This document shows, piece by piece, positions 9,321 through 18,588 of a stretch of DNA of 64,000 bases. The position numbers and the translations under genes were made by a program. The stretch spans positions 705,616 through 769,615 of the forward strand of contig CP046178.1 of NCBI GenBank assembly GCA_014075255.1, read 5' to 3'. Source of the DNA: Gammaproteobacteria bacterium. GTDB taxonomy: Bacteria > Pseudomonadota > Gammaproteobacteria > UBA4575. The first letter of the stretch is position 1, and the number at the start of each line of letters is the position of its first letter. The notes under the pieces were generated by a model, which worked only from the letters and a program-made list of their open reading frames with translations, did not search any database and was not told where the DNA came from.

Positions 9321-9737
9321 CTAAGGTGGACACTGTTTAAATACCTGTGCTTTATATAGTTTGTCTTTTGCAAAGTGCAAATTTGTAATTTTTTCATTTG
9401 CTTGGGCGCTACTATCTGTAGCGAGGTAGGCAGGCAAGAAAAATAGACTGCCAAAAAATCCAATAGTTTGATTAGAATCTCGCTTATCACCTATTTCTTG
9501 GCTTTGTATAACGTGCTCGCTATTAAGTTCCACTAATTCTTGCTTTATTTCTTCACAAGTTAAGTTTGCAGTCTCAGGGTCAAAATCATCTACACTTAGC
9601 CTATGTTTTGAGTGCACAGAGCCATAATCTGGAGGTAGATCTGGTGCACTTGTGGCGCATCCGTATAAAGCTAGTAAAAATACGATGATTAGTAAGAACT
9701 TATTCAATGTACTCAACCGCTCTACCTTTACCTTCAA
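9321..9737 (-). CDS. Hypothetical lipoprotein (true start probably TTG near 9707-9716)
   Basis: Lipobox LYGC; LTCEEI..EL; C-terminal KQC. Confidence 0.65.
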   Translation of the reverse strand: MKVKVERLSTLNKFLLIIVFLLALYGCATSAPDLPPDYGSVHSKHRLSVDDFDPETANLTCEEIKQELVELNSEHVIQSQEIGDKRDSNQTIGFFGSLFFLPAYLATDSSAQANEKITNLHFAKDKLYKAQVFKQCPP

Positions 9738-10101
9738 GCGCCCCCCCCCAACTCATTAACGAAATCCCTACTTCTCCATATCGTACTAGTATCACTGCGT
9801 CCGCTCCTAACTCTGCAGCTTTTACTTTTAACTTTTCGTCTACCAATACTGGAGTAGGATCTTTGTGAAATATAGTAGTCTTTCGAACAGTCACCGAGAT
9901 ATCTCCTAGTATTTTATATTTCTTATTTGAGATATCTTCTTTAGTTACAAGAATTGAATCGGGAGACTTAACCGCTTTTGCTGATTCAGTAGCAATTTCG
10001 GAATCAGCAGTATTCTCAACATTCTTAACCTTGGATGTACTCCATGTGCTACTACAACTACTCAGAATAACGATTAAAAAACCTATATATGCTAAACGCA
10101 T
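9700..10101 (-). CDS. Lipoprotein with YbjQ/RcsF-like domain
   Basis: Lipobox LSSC; KAAELGADAVI...GRAV motif. Confidence 0.7.
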   Translation of the reverse strand: MRLAYIGFLIVILSSCSSTWSTSKVKNVENTADSEIATESAKAVKSPDSILVTKEDISNKKYKILGDISVTVRKTTIFHKDPTPVLVDEKLKVKAAELGADAVILVRYGEVGISLMSWGGALEGKGRAVEYIE

Positions 10102-10270
10102 AACGCACCTCTCATAAAATTAATAAAGATATTCTGGGAACCTAAGAACAATTCACAACCAACCTGTTTCTAATTGGTTGTGATTATATAACTTATAATA
10201 TTAACTTGGCTATAGAAGCCAGTTTATTACTACCGTTACTGATGTCTGCTTTAGGTTAATAGTAATTAAT

Positions 10271-10870
10271 TTAATTTTTATTTGTTTCATTTCTCCACTT
10301 CCATGGTGGAATAGGATTTTCTGTTTTCCATAAACCTACCTTTTTTGATTTCGCCCAATATTCTTTGCTGTTTAAATCTTTCTGCCTTTCTTTTGGCAAA
10401 TGTTTATAAAATCTTCGCATCACCCAAGCGTGTCCGCAGACGACCATTTTTGCATTCACATTAATCCATTCATTATCTACATTATTTTTGACATAAACAG
10501 TTGCCACCATACGATCATATTTATCGTAACCATGCGGTTCTAATCGAATTTTCTGGCCACCAATAAATCGAATCAAGCCGTATTTAGCCGTATCTCCCCA
10601 AGGTTGGCCATCTTCTGGGCAATCGATTGAATCTAAACGCACTCGAAAATTACTCCAAGCATCTCCAACTATAATCGTATCTCCATCAATCACATGATGA
10701 ACTTTTTTAATTACAACATTTTTTCTATCTAAACTTGATCCTCTCTTATTGGAAACTCCTTTATCAACATAATTTTCTGATTCTGGCTTTGTGCCTTCAT
10801 CTGACTTAAGTCTAAATACTATGGCTAGAGCAATTAATATAACTACAATTAAAAGTACTCCTACTTCCAT
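10271..10870 (-). CDS. Thermonuclease (SNase-like), membrane anchored
   Basis: VIDGDT, RVRLDSIDCPE, DKYDRMVA, GLW...PPWKWR. Confidence 0.9.
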   Translation of the reverse strand: MEVGVLLIVVILIALAIVFRLKSDEGTKPESENYVDKGVSNKRGSSLDRKNVVIKKVHHVIDGDTIIVGDAWSNFRVRLDSIDCPEDGQPWGDTAKYGLIRFIGGQKIRLEPHGYDKYDRMVATVYVKNNVDNEWINVNAKMVVCGHAWVMRRFYKHLPKERQKDLNSKEYWAKSKKVGLWKTENPIPPWKWRNETNKN

Positions 10871-10898
10871 TATTTTGCTTGCATTACTTTACTCGATC

Positions 10899-11768
10899 TC
10901 ATTTAGTCATCTCGTATTGCCATTTAAGTATGGCGTGGTCCTCACCTGAAATAATGCCGGTTACTTCATACATATCTGAACTAAGCATGCGGGCGTGTTC
11001 GCAAGAACCGTAGCCGACATCTGTCATTTCGTAATTTAAAAAGATGCAATCCCCTGCAAATGCTATTTTTCCGGTTACATCACCAAAGGTAGAGCAGTTT
11101 GCTACACAGCGTACTATTTCAGATTCACTCGTTACAATTGGCATGTGTATATTAAATATTCCTGTAGCTTCACCGGGCTCATCAAAGTTAATTTCTCGTA
11201 GAATATTCCAGATCTTATCTTCGTGAGTTACCGTTTGTTTGCCGCTTATGCCAATAGCATCCGCTCCGTATTTTTGAACGGTACCAGTAAATTTCCATTC
11301 TGCTGGTTCTAACAAGTAAGTATGCGTACATAGATTTAATGATGATGTTTTAAGATCGGACGGGTCGAACAAGCTATCTAAGAAGCTACACCCGTTATAT
11401 TCACGAACCGGATTTGTATGCGCCTGCATGAAGTCTAGTGTTCTTTTTATAGCGGCAATATCTGCTAACCGCTGGCCAATTTCTTTACTTTTACGACGAA
11501 TCAAAAACATAACATCCTGGTATGAATTACCGAGGTAATCGAAATCGAGTAGCTGTTTAATTTCGCCTAAACTGAAACCAAGATCTTTGGCTCGTTCGAT
11601 GAACGTGAGTTCTTTTATAGAATTATCGTTATATATGCGATAGCCGCTTCTTTTCCGATGCGTAGGTTGCAGCAGCCCTTGCCGTTCGTAGTATCTGATT
11701 GTGTCGACATTCACCCCAGTTTCTGCCGATAACTTGCCTATTTTGAATTCCATATTTGTGTCCTCCAA
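10899..11768 (-). CDS. MerR-family regulator fused to an uncharacterised C-terminal beta-rich domain
   Basis: IGKLSAETGVNVDTIRYYERQGLL, GYRIY, LGFSLGEI; about 150 extra C-terminal residues. Confidence 0.85.
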   Translation of the reverse strand: MEDTNMEFKIGKLSAETGVNVDTIRYYERQGLLQPTHRKRSGYRIYNDNSIKELTFIERAKDLGFSLGEIKQLLDFDYLGNSYQDVMFLIRRKSKEIGQRLADIAAIKRTLDFMQAHTNPVREYNGCSFLDSLFDPSDLKTSSLNLCTHTYLLEPAEWKFTGTVQKYGADAIGISGKQTVTHEDKIWNILREINFDEPGEATGIFNIHMPIVTSESEIVRCVANCSTFGDVTGKIAFAGDCIFLNYEMTDVGYGSCEHARMLSSDMYEVTGIISGEDHAILKWQYEMTK

Positions 11769-11779
11769 TTGGTGCTGGA

Positions 11780-11810
11780 ACTTTAAACTCTGACCCTACT
11801 CCAGAGTCAA
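11780..11810 (-). promoter_or_regulatory. MerR-type promoter/operator with 19-bp spacer
   Basis: Minus strand TTGACT-CTGGAGTAGGGTCAGAGTT-TAAAGT with dyad ACTCTG...CAGAGT. Confidence 0.75.
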
Positions 11811-12108
11811 GTGGTTACGGAATTTAATTATTTAATACTGTAACTATTCTTCTATAATTATATTTATGGGCTTTTTTAAGGAAGCCTGTAGAGAATGACT
11901 GTTAAACAATGACTTAGCAGATTTTTAGAAGGCACATTCGAGCATTGAATGAAGGGTTCATCTGTGACGATTTATCGCAGTAAACTATGAGGCCACCCTC
12001 TTAAGTTAGCGGTAAGTAGTAGAATGTTATGTGCAATTGGAAGTGCTGCACCACCGATTGAAAATGGATTAATGCATTCTATTTCCACTCATCCATTTGG
12101 GAATTATT

Positions 12109-12579
12109 ATGAAAAAGAAAATTATTATTGCCATTATCTTAGTGTTGATCATTGGGTTATTAGCCTTTGCTAACATGAATAAGATAAGTTCTGTCTCATG
12201 GATCCCATGGGGAGACATTAATAATACAAATGGAATAGCAATGAGTGGTTATGACCCGGTTGCCTATTTTACTTTAAACCGAGCCACTGTAGGTGATGAG
12301 ACGATTTCCTATAACTGGAAAAACGTTGAGTGGCAATTTGCATCAACAGAACATTTAGCACTGTTTAAAGAAACTCCAGAAAAATATGCTCCTCAGTATG
12401 GTGGATATTGTGCAACGGCCATCAGCATTGGATTAACCGCGGACGTTGACCCTAGAAGTTGGCATATAGAAGACGGAAAATTGTATTTATTTTTCAATGG
12501 TGACCCTAAAAATGATTATATAGCTGATATCGGAGATGGCATTATTCAAAAATCAGAGTCTAAGTGGAACAATAGATAA
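12109..12579 (+). CDS. YHS domain-containing exported protein
   Basis: GYDPVAYF, PEKYAPQYGGYCA, DGKLYL; ATG at 12109 preferred over TTG at 12097. Confidence 0.88.
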   Translation: MKKKIIIAIILVLIIGLLAFANMNKISSVSWIPWGDINNTNGIAMSGYDPVAYFTLNRATVGDETISYNWKNVEWQFASTEHLALFKETPEKYAPQYGGYCATAISIGLTADVDPRSWHIEDGKLYLFFNGDPKNDYIADIGDGIIQKSESKWNNR

Positions 12580-12635
12580 CGCGTAGGGTTTATTTAAAAT
12601 ATTCGAACCTGTTCAAGTGATATGGAGAATGAGTT

Positions 12636-13341
12636 ATGAAAAATAATATCGTCTCGCATAATGAGTGGATTGAGGCACGAAAAGCATTCTTAACTAAAGA
12701 AAAGGAATTTACTAAATTACGTGATGAACTCAGTCAGCAGCGTCGAGAATTACCTTGGGAGAAAGTAGATAAGGAATATATTTTTGAAGGCCTCAATGGA
12801 CCCATTTCTTTGTCTGATTTATTTGATGGTCGCACCCAGCTAATTATTTATCATTTTATGTATGGCGCTGACTGGGAAGCGGGTTGCCCCAGTTGCTCGC
12901 TACTCACTGATCATTTTAATCCCGCCATTATTCATCTTAACCATCGAGATGTTTCCATGGCAGTGATTTCCAAAGCGCCTTATACAAAATTAGCAGAATA
13001 CAAAAAGCGTATGAATTGGGGCCTTAATTGGGTGTCTTCATTTAAAAACGACTTCAATCGTGACTATCATGTTTTCATTTACACAAGATGAAATCGATAA
13101 TAATAAAATTTATTATAATTATCAGAAGGATGCATTTCCCAGCACAGAAGCGCCAGGGGTAAGTGTCTTCATTAAAGAAGATGACGGAAGCATTTATCAC
13201 ACGTATTCTACTTACGCACGTGGCCTAGATATGTTTATTACGGCCTATCATTACTTAGACTTGGCACCAAAAGGACGCGACGAAGACGACCTGTCTTTTA
13301 CGATGGAGTGGGTGCGTCGACACGACGAATACGAACGTTAA
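12636..13341 (+). pseudogene. DUF899 thioredoxin-like protein split by a 1-nt insertion (pseudogene or sequencing error)
   Basis: ORFs 12636-13091 and 13060-13341 are the N- and C-halves (GCPSCS; HTYSTYARG; PKGRDE). Removing one T from 13072-13075 restores DYHVSFTQDE. Confidence 0.8.
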
Positions 13342-13374
13342 CCCATCAAAATTATATTCGTTTATTAGGCATGT

Positions 13375-13410
13375 AACTAAGAGGTTATCTGCAAAAATAG
13401 CCTCTTAGTT
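13375..13410. terminator. Hairpin between convergent genes
   Basis: AACTAAGAGGTTAT...ATAGCCTCTTAGTT followed by a T-run. Confidence 0.65.
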
Positions 13411-13435
13411 TTTATATGTAAAACTTAGTGATTCG

Positions 13436-13786
13436 CTATAGAACTCCAAACTTACGTTGCCCTACATAAAAAGCAGTACCTGAAGACTCTGAAGAAAACG
13501 TAATGGTGGTACCTGCATCAAAATAAACCACGTCGCCTGGTTTCATTTGAACGGTTTCGCCACCCTTCTCAGTTAAAGACATCTCTCCTTCTAGCATGAT
13601 CTTACATTCATCATAACTGTAGGTGTATTCCAATGGATTGCCGGCTTCCATTCGGAAAAAGCCGCCACTAATAGGTGCTGCTTCATTTTCAGAAGCTACC
13701 GTATCCTGCAAAAATGCATTTATACCATCAATATTTAATGATGAAATTTCTTTAGACTGTGCTTTATTAAAATATTTCATTGCCAT
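13436..13786 (-). CDS. EutQ-like cupin, copy 1
   Basis: YTYSYDECKIMLEGE and KPGDVVYFDAG cupin motifs. Confidence 0.8.
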   Translation of the reverse strand: MAMKYFNKAQSKEISSLNIDGINAFLQDTVASENEAAPISGGFFRMEAGNPLEYTYSYDECKIMLEGEMSLTEKGGETVQMKPGDVVYFDAGTTITFSSESSGTAFYVGQRKFGVL

Positions 13787-13973
13787 TTTTAGATTCCTTT
13801 TTTATTGAAAATTTCCAAATTAATTTTAACCAGCGCTCATAATAAATGATTATGGCTAATATAATCATGGGTGCTTAAATTATATTCTATGAAATGTGTG
13901 TGATTATCTTTATAAAAAAATAAGCGTCCTTGCTAAACACTGAAGAATTCCTGTTCGTCCAGATAGGAGGTGA

Positions 13974-15029
13974 CTATTTATTCATCGTAAGGAGGAGTTT
14001 TAATCGATAATTATCAGCCACCACTGCCAGTATCAGCAAAATGCCGATTACCACCATTTGTAAATAAGAATTAAGCTGCAAAAGATTCATACCGTTTTGC
14101 ACAAGAATGATAAATATTGCCCCCAAAACTACGCCACTTAATTTTCCTATACCGCCAAAAATACTTACGCCACCAATTGCACACGCCGCAATGGACATAA
14201 GAGGATATTCGACCCCTATATTAGATTCCCCGCTCTCTAATCTTGCTGTGAGTAATAATGTTGCAATGCCTGTTATTAAGCCTGCTATCACATAGGTAAA
14301 AAATATGACTCGTTTTGTATTTATGCCTGACAATTCAGCGGCTTTAGGATTTCCACCAATTGCATAAAAGTAACGTCCTAGACGGGTCCAGTTAATTAAA
14401 AAGTACATGCCGATAATAATAAGAACGGTTATACATACCGGAACAGAAATGCCAAATACTTTTCCATATCCAAAGAAATCTGAAAAACCTCCTGGCATTC
14501 CATAAACCGGTGTTCCTCCCGTCACGTAAAAAGCAAGCCCTGCTACAATTGAAGATACAGCTAACGTCATTACAAACGGTGGCACATCAAATACTGCAAT
14601 ACCAATGCCATTAAACGCACCAATGGCCATCGTTGTTGCCATTCCTGCTAAGCAACCCATGGCAATCACTAGCGCTGGAGACATGCCACTTGATGCAAGT
14701 GCCACCATCGTCATAGAGGTGGTCACCGAGCTCATGGCAAACATCGTGCCTATGGATAAGTCCAGGCCACGCGTTAATAAGACAATCATCTGAGCCATTG
14801 CGGCCAGTACCAAATAAGTTGATTGGCGTGCTACGGTAGAAAGATTAGATTCTGTAAGAAAAGTATCTGTAGTACTGGTTAGAAAAATAACGGCAATGAC
14901 TAAAAACCAAGGTAGCACTCCCGCTTTAACAAAGACTATTTTTAGTAAATTGATGGCTTTCTCAACTACGCCTGTTTCTATAAACCCTTCATGGATACTT
15001 TCAGCCTGATTCGAACTCATTGTGAACAC
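13974..15029 (-). CDS. Sugar-type (RbsC-like) ABC permease
   Basis: GLDLSIG, GRYFYAIGGNPKAAELSGI, IGGVSIFGG. Confidence 0.9.
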   Translation of the reverse strand: MFTMSSNQAESIHEGFIETGVVEKAINLLKIVFVKAGVLPWFLVIAVIFLTSTTDTFLTESNLSTVARQSTYLVLAAMAQMIVLLTRGLDLSIGTMFAMSSVTTSMTMVALASSGMSPALVIAMGCLAGMATTMAIGAFNGIGIAVFDVPPFVMTLAVSSIVAGLAFYVTGGTPVYGMPGGFSDFFGYGKVFGISVPVCITVLIIIGMYFLINWTRLGRYFYAIGGNPKAAELSGINTKRVIFFTYVIAGLITGIATLLLTARLESGESNIGVEYPLMSIAACAIGGVSIFGGIGKLSGVVLGAIFIILVQNGMNLLQLNSYLQMVVIGILLILAVVADNYRLKLLLTMNK

Positions 15030-16651
15030 CCTTCCTTTTCAAAGAAATACTTGAGTACATTTTGTTCTGATAATTGTTCTTTTGGTAATTCCGTCTGCAG
15101 CGCACCACGATGCATTACGTATGCACGATGCGCTAGATTTAAAATTTCTGGTAAATCAGACGATATGAGTAATACACCCGCACCTTTTTCACATAGCTCT
15201 GCAATAAATTTGTAAATTAACATTCGTGCACCCACATCTACACCCACCGTGGGCTCATCGAATATAAAAAGTTTGACGTCTCGAACTAACGCCTTACCTA
15301 TTAATGCTTTTTGTTGATTGCCACCTGAAAAATGTTCGACATCGCGTTCAATATTGGGTGGATTTATATCTAATTTTTTAGATACATCTTCGATTTTTTT
15401 CTTTTCTTCTGATCTTCGTAGAAACCAATTATAGGAAAAGGCTTTTAACCCAAGAGAAGCTAAAGATACATTTTCTCTAACATTTTGAACCATCACTAAC
15501 CCTTCTTCTCGTCTATCCGATGGCACGTAATACATGCCGCGGTCTAGCATCACGCGAGGCTTTAAGGTGTTTATATGACGCTTACTGCAGTAAACTGTGT
15601 CGCCACAAAATTTTATTTTTCCACTTGTAATATTTTCTATCCCAAATACAGCACGCCCTACTTGTGATTTTCCTGACCCCACAAGTCCCGCAATTCCAAC
15701 CACTTCCCCGCTTTTAATTTGCATAGATACATCTTGTAAAACATTATTTTGAAGTGTTAAATTTTCAATTGTTAATAATGCTTTATCCGGTTTTGCTTGA
15801 ATGTCTGGAAAGACTTGATCAATTATCCGGCCGGTCATCAATTCAACTAATTTTTGCTCACTGGCTTCTTTAACGGGTATGGTTGATACAAATTTACCGT
15901 CGCGAAGAACCGTAATACGATCACCAATTCTCTGAATTTCATTAATTCTATGCGTGATGTAAATGATTCCAATTCCTTCTTGCTTAAGTTCTTCAATTTT
16001 TGAAAAAAGCTGATCTGTTTCACGCTCAGTGAGTGAAGCTGTAGGCTCATCTAGAATTACAATTGAAGGTTTGGTGCGAAATGCTTTTGCTATTTCTACC
16101 ATCTGCTGTTCTGCACGAGATAAATACATCACTAAACTATCAGGATCGAGAGGAAATCCTAATCGGCCTAGTGTTTCATTAGCTTTTTCGCGTAATTGGT
16201 TTTTATTTAGGAATGGTCCTCTGGTCATCTCTGAACCCAGAAATAAATTTTCTCCTACCGTTAATTGCGGAATAATAGAAAATTCTTGAAAAACCGCACT
16301 GATACCGAGATTTCGCGCTTGATGCACAGATTGCAGTTCTACCTCCTGCCCATTTAGTAAGATCTTGCCTTTTGTTGGAAGATGCACACCCGCAATGGCT
16401 TGAACAAGTGTTGACTTGCCTGCGCCATTCTCACCAAATAACACGTGCACTTCACCACTTCTTACATCAAGGCTTACATTATCTAGCGCTAATGTGCCTG
16501 GAAATTGTTTAGAGATATTCTCTACACGTAGCAGTACTGAATTTTCAACTGCTTTCATTACTTTATCCTTGTCAAAAGGAGTCGACTTCAAACCATTAAT
16601 CGACTCCCTTACTGCAGTTTCTTCAACACGAATTTTAAATTGAGCAGACAT
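15017..16651 (-). CDS. Sugar-type (RbsA-like) tandem ABC ATPase
   Basis: GENGAGKST, LDEPT, second NBD with FSGGNQQK and DEPTVGVDVG. Confidence 0.92.
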   Translation of the reverse strand: MSAQFKIRVEETAVRESINGLKSTPFDKDKVMKAVENSVLLRVENISKQFPGTLALDNVSLDVRSGEVHVLFGENGAGKSTLVQAIAGVHLPTKGKILLNGQEVELQSVHQARNLGISAVFQEFSIIPQLTVGENLFLGSEMTRGPFLNKNQLREKANETLGRLGFPLDPDSLVMYLSRAEQQMVEIAKAFRTKPSIVILDEPTASLTERETDQLFSKIEELKQEGIGIIYITHRINEIQRIGDRITVLRDGKFVSTIPVKEASEQKLVELMTGRIIDQVFPDIQAKPDKALLTIENLTLQNNVLQDVSMQIKSGEVVGIAGLVGSGKSQVGRAVFGIENITSGKIKFCGDTVYCSKRHINTLKPRVMLDRGMYYVPSDRREEGLVMVQNVRENVSLASLGLKAFSYNWFLRRSEEKKKIEDVSKKLDINPPNIERDVEHFSGGNQQKALIGKALVRDVKLFIFDEPTVGVDVGARMLIYKFIAELCEKGAGVLLISSDLPEILNLAHRAYVMHRGALQTELPKEQLSEQNVLKYFFEKEGCSQ

Positions 16652-16695
16652 TTTTAATATTCGCCTACTTAATTAACTTATGTGTTACATAGAGG

Positions 16696-17877
16696 TCAGT
16701 CCACACGGAACACAGGCTTCCATCCATCTGGCGCTAAGGTAGATGCTGGATCGAAATCGTTGTAATTTTCTTTCGTTACAACGGTTGGTACGGGTTGAAC
16801 ATGCTCAGTAATGCGGTCTGGGTTTTTGTATTCTGGTGAACCACCCGTTGACATTGGAAGACCTTCAAGAATACGTACGGCTTGATCGATAGCAATTTGA
16901 CCTTGTAGCACCATGTGATCGGTTGGCGCCATATCCATACGACCTTGCTTTAAGAGAATGTGTGATCCGGTATTGTAGTAATAAGCTACCAATCTGGTGG
17001 TGTCTTGAATTCCGCGATCACGTACTACGCCTACTGCAGCTTCAATTGTGGGTGTTGCACCTACAATATAGTTTAGATCTGTAGTGCCACCTTTTGTTCG
17101 AGAAGCAACAACATCTTCTACAAGTTTTAACTGGATACTTTTCCCTGTATCGCCCCATTTCGTGGCAATGATTTCAACATCACTACCTTTAACCGCATCA
17201 TGACAACCCTTATCACCGGCTACTGACCATGCTGCACCCGGAGGACCTGGGAACCATGCCGCTGAAGTTTTACCGCTTCCTTCAGGATGTTTCTGAGCAA
17301 TCCAATCGCATGCAAGATATCCAAGTAAATACCAGCTTTCTAAAATTTTTGCATCGACTTGTGTGCCAATACCATTTACAAGATCTACAACCGGAATTCC
17401 TTTGCCTCGAATTTCATCGACTTGATTGATATTACCTTTACCTGAAATAGCCGATAGAATTAACGCATCAGCCCCCGCCGATATACAATCTTCTACTTGG
17501 CGAAGTTGTCGTTCAAGATTTGTGTAACCGCCCGCTTCTAATAACGTGACTTTTTGACCCAGTCTTTTGCCTTCAGAAATAATTCCATAAGCCACACCTA
17601 CCCAGTAAGAATCTTTCAAATGGGGAAAAGACACACATATGTTGTGTTTCTTTTTAATTTGATCAGGGCTAAGGGGGACATATTTAGCACCGGGTAGTTT
17701 TGCAGCATTGTTTTCTGGCAATGCCCAACATTCATCCGTTCCACCCGAACAAGATGGGTTATAGGGGTTTACATCTGCTGGCCACCAATCTTTTGCATTC
17801 AGTGACGAGGTAACCATTATGACTGCTGCGAATAGTACAGCATACATAACTGAGTTTAATAATACTTTCATAAACAC
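16696..17877 (-). CDS. torT: TorT-family periplasmic binding protein
   Basis: FPHLKDSYW...LEAGGY.NL..Q...VEDC...GADALIL signature of TorT. Confidence 0.8.
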   Translation of the reverse strand: MFMKVLLNSVMYAVLFAAVIMVTSSLNAKDWWPADVNPYNPSCSGGTDECWALPENNAAKLPGAKYVPLSPDQIKKKHNICVSFPHLKDSYWVGVAYGIISEGKRLGQKVTLLEAGGYTNLERQLRQVEDCISAGADALILSAISGKGNINQVDEIRGKGIPVVDLVNGIGTQVDAKILESWYLLGYLACDWIAQKHPEGSGKTSAAWFPGPPGAAWSVAGDKGCHDAVKGSDVEIIATKWGDTGKSIQLKLVEDVVASRTKGGTTDLNYIVGATPTIEAAVGVVRDRGIQDTTRLVAYYYNTGSHILLKQGRMDMAPTDHMVLQGQIAIDQAVRILEGLPMSTGGSPEYKNPDRITEHVQPVPTVVTKENYNDFDPASTLAPDGWKPVFRVD

Positions 17878-17981
17878 TTCTCCTTCGATTTTGTTTTCAA
17901 TTATTGTTATCTAAATTTAAAATTTTTATGTTTCTTAAATCATTTACGGACATCTCAAAATTATTTGATTTAATTCTTTGA

Positions 17982-18329
17982 TTAAAGAACACCTTCTTTA
18001 CGTTGCCCAACATAAAAAGCCAATCCAGATGATTTCGATTCGAAAGTCACCGATGTGCCTTTATCAAAATAAACAACATCACCTGGTTTTAACGTGCACG
18101 TCACACCGCTTTCGGTAATCGTCATTTCCCCTTCCAGCATAATTTTGCATTCGTCATAGCTGTACGTGTAATCAAGCGGATTACCCAAATCCATGCGAAA
18201 CATTCCACATGTAATGGGTGCACTTTTATTATTGGACGACACGACGTCTTGAAGAAACACATTAATTCCATCCATGTTTAAAGACTCAATATCCATCGAT
18301 TGAGTTTTTTCAAAATATTTCATTCCCAT
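17982..18329 (-). CDS. EutQ-like cupin, copy 2
   Basis: Paralog of 13436-13786 with identical YTYSYDECKIMLEGEM. Confidence 0.8.
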   Translation of the reverse strand: MGMKYFEKTQSMDIESLNMDGINVFLQDVVSSNNKSAPITCGMFRMDLGNPLDYTYSYDECKIMLEGEMTITESGVTCTLKPGDVVYFDKGTSVTFESKSSGLAFYVGQRKEGVL

Positions 18330-18588
18330 AATTTTTCCTTATCTTTCTTATTGGAAATACAATGTGTATTTATTTGACTAAATCTAATTGAGTGCTGAAA
18401 TTACTTTTTTTGTATATAAATATTTATAATTCTTATGAGTTTAGTATTGCGAGTTATATTTGGAATGGATATGACAAAATACTCCTAAAATTACAAAATA
18501 ATTTATTCGCATATGACAATAAATACTCATATCAATGCGAATCAGATCAAGTATATTTATATTCTTTATTATTATTTAGGATGCCAAT

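Noticed and set aside
9190-13400. Classical integron or IS-bounded island
   Set aside because: No integrase or transposase, and no convincing RYYYAAC...GTTRRRY attC structures.
16696-17877. TMAO respiration (tor) locus
   Set aside because: No torS, torR or torCAD in the window; the context is an ABC importer.
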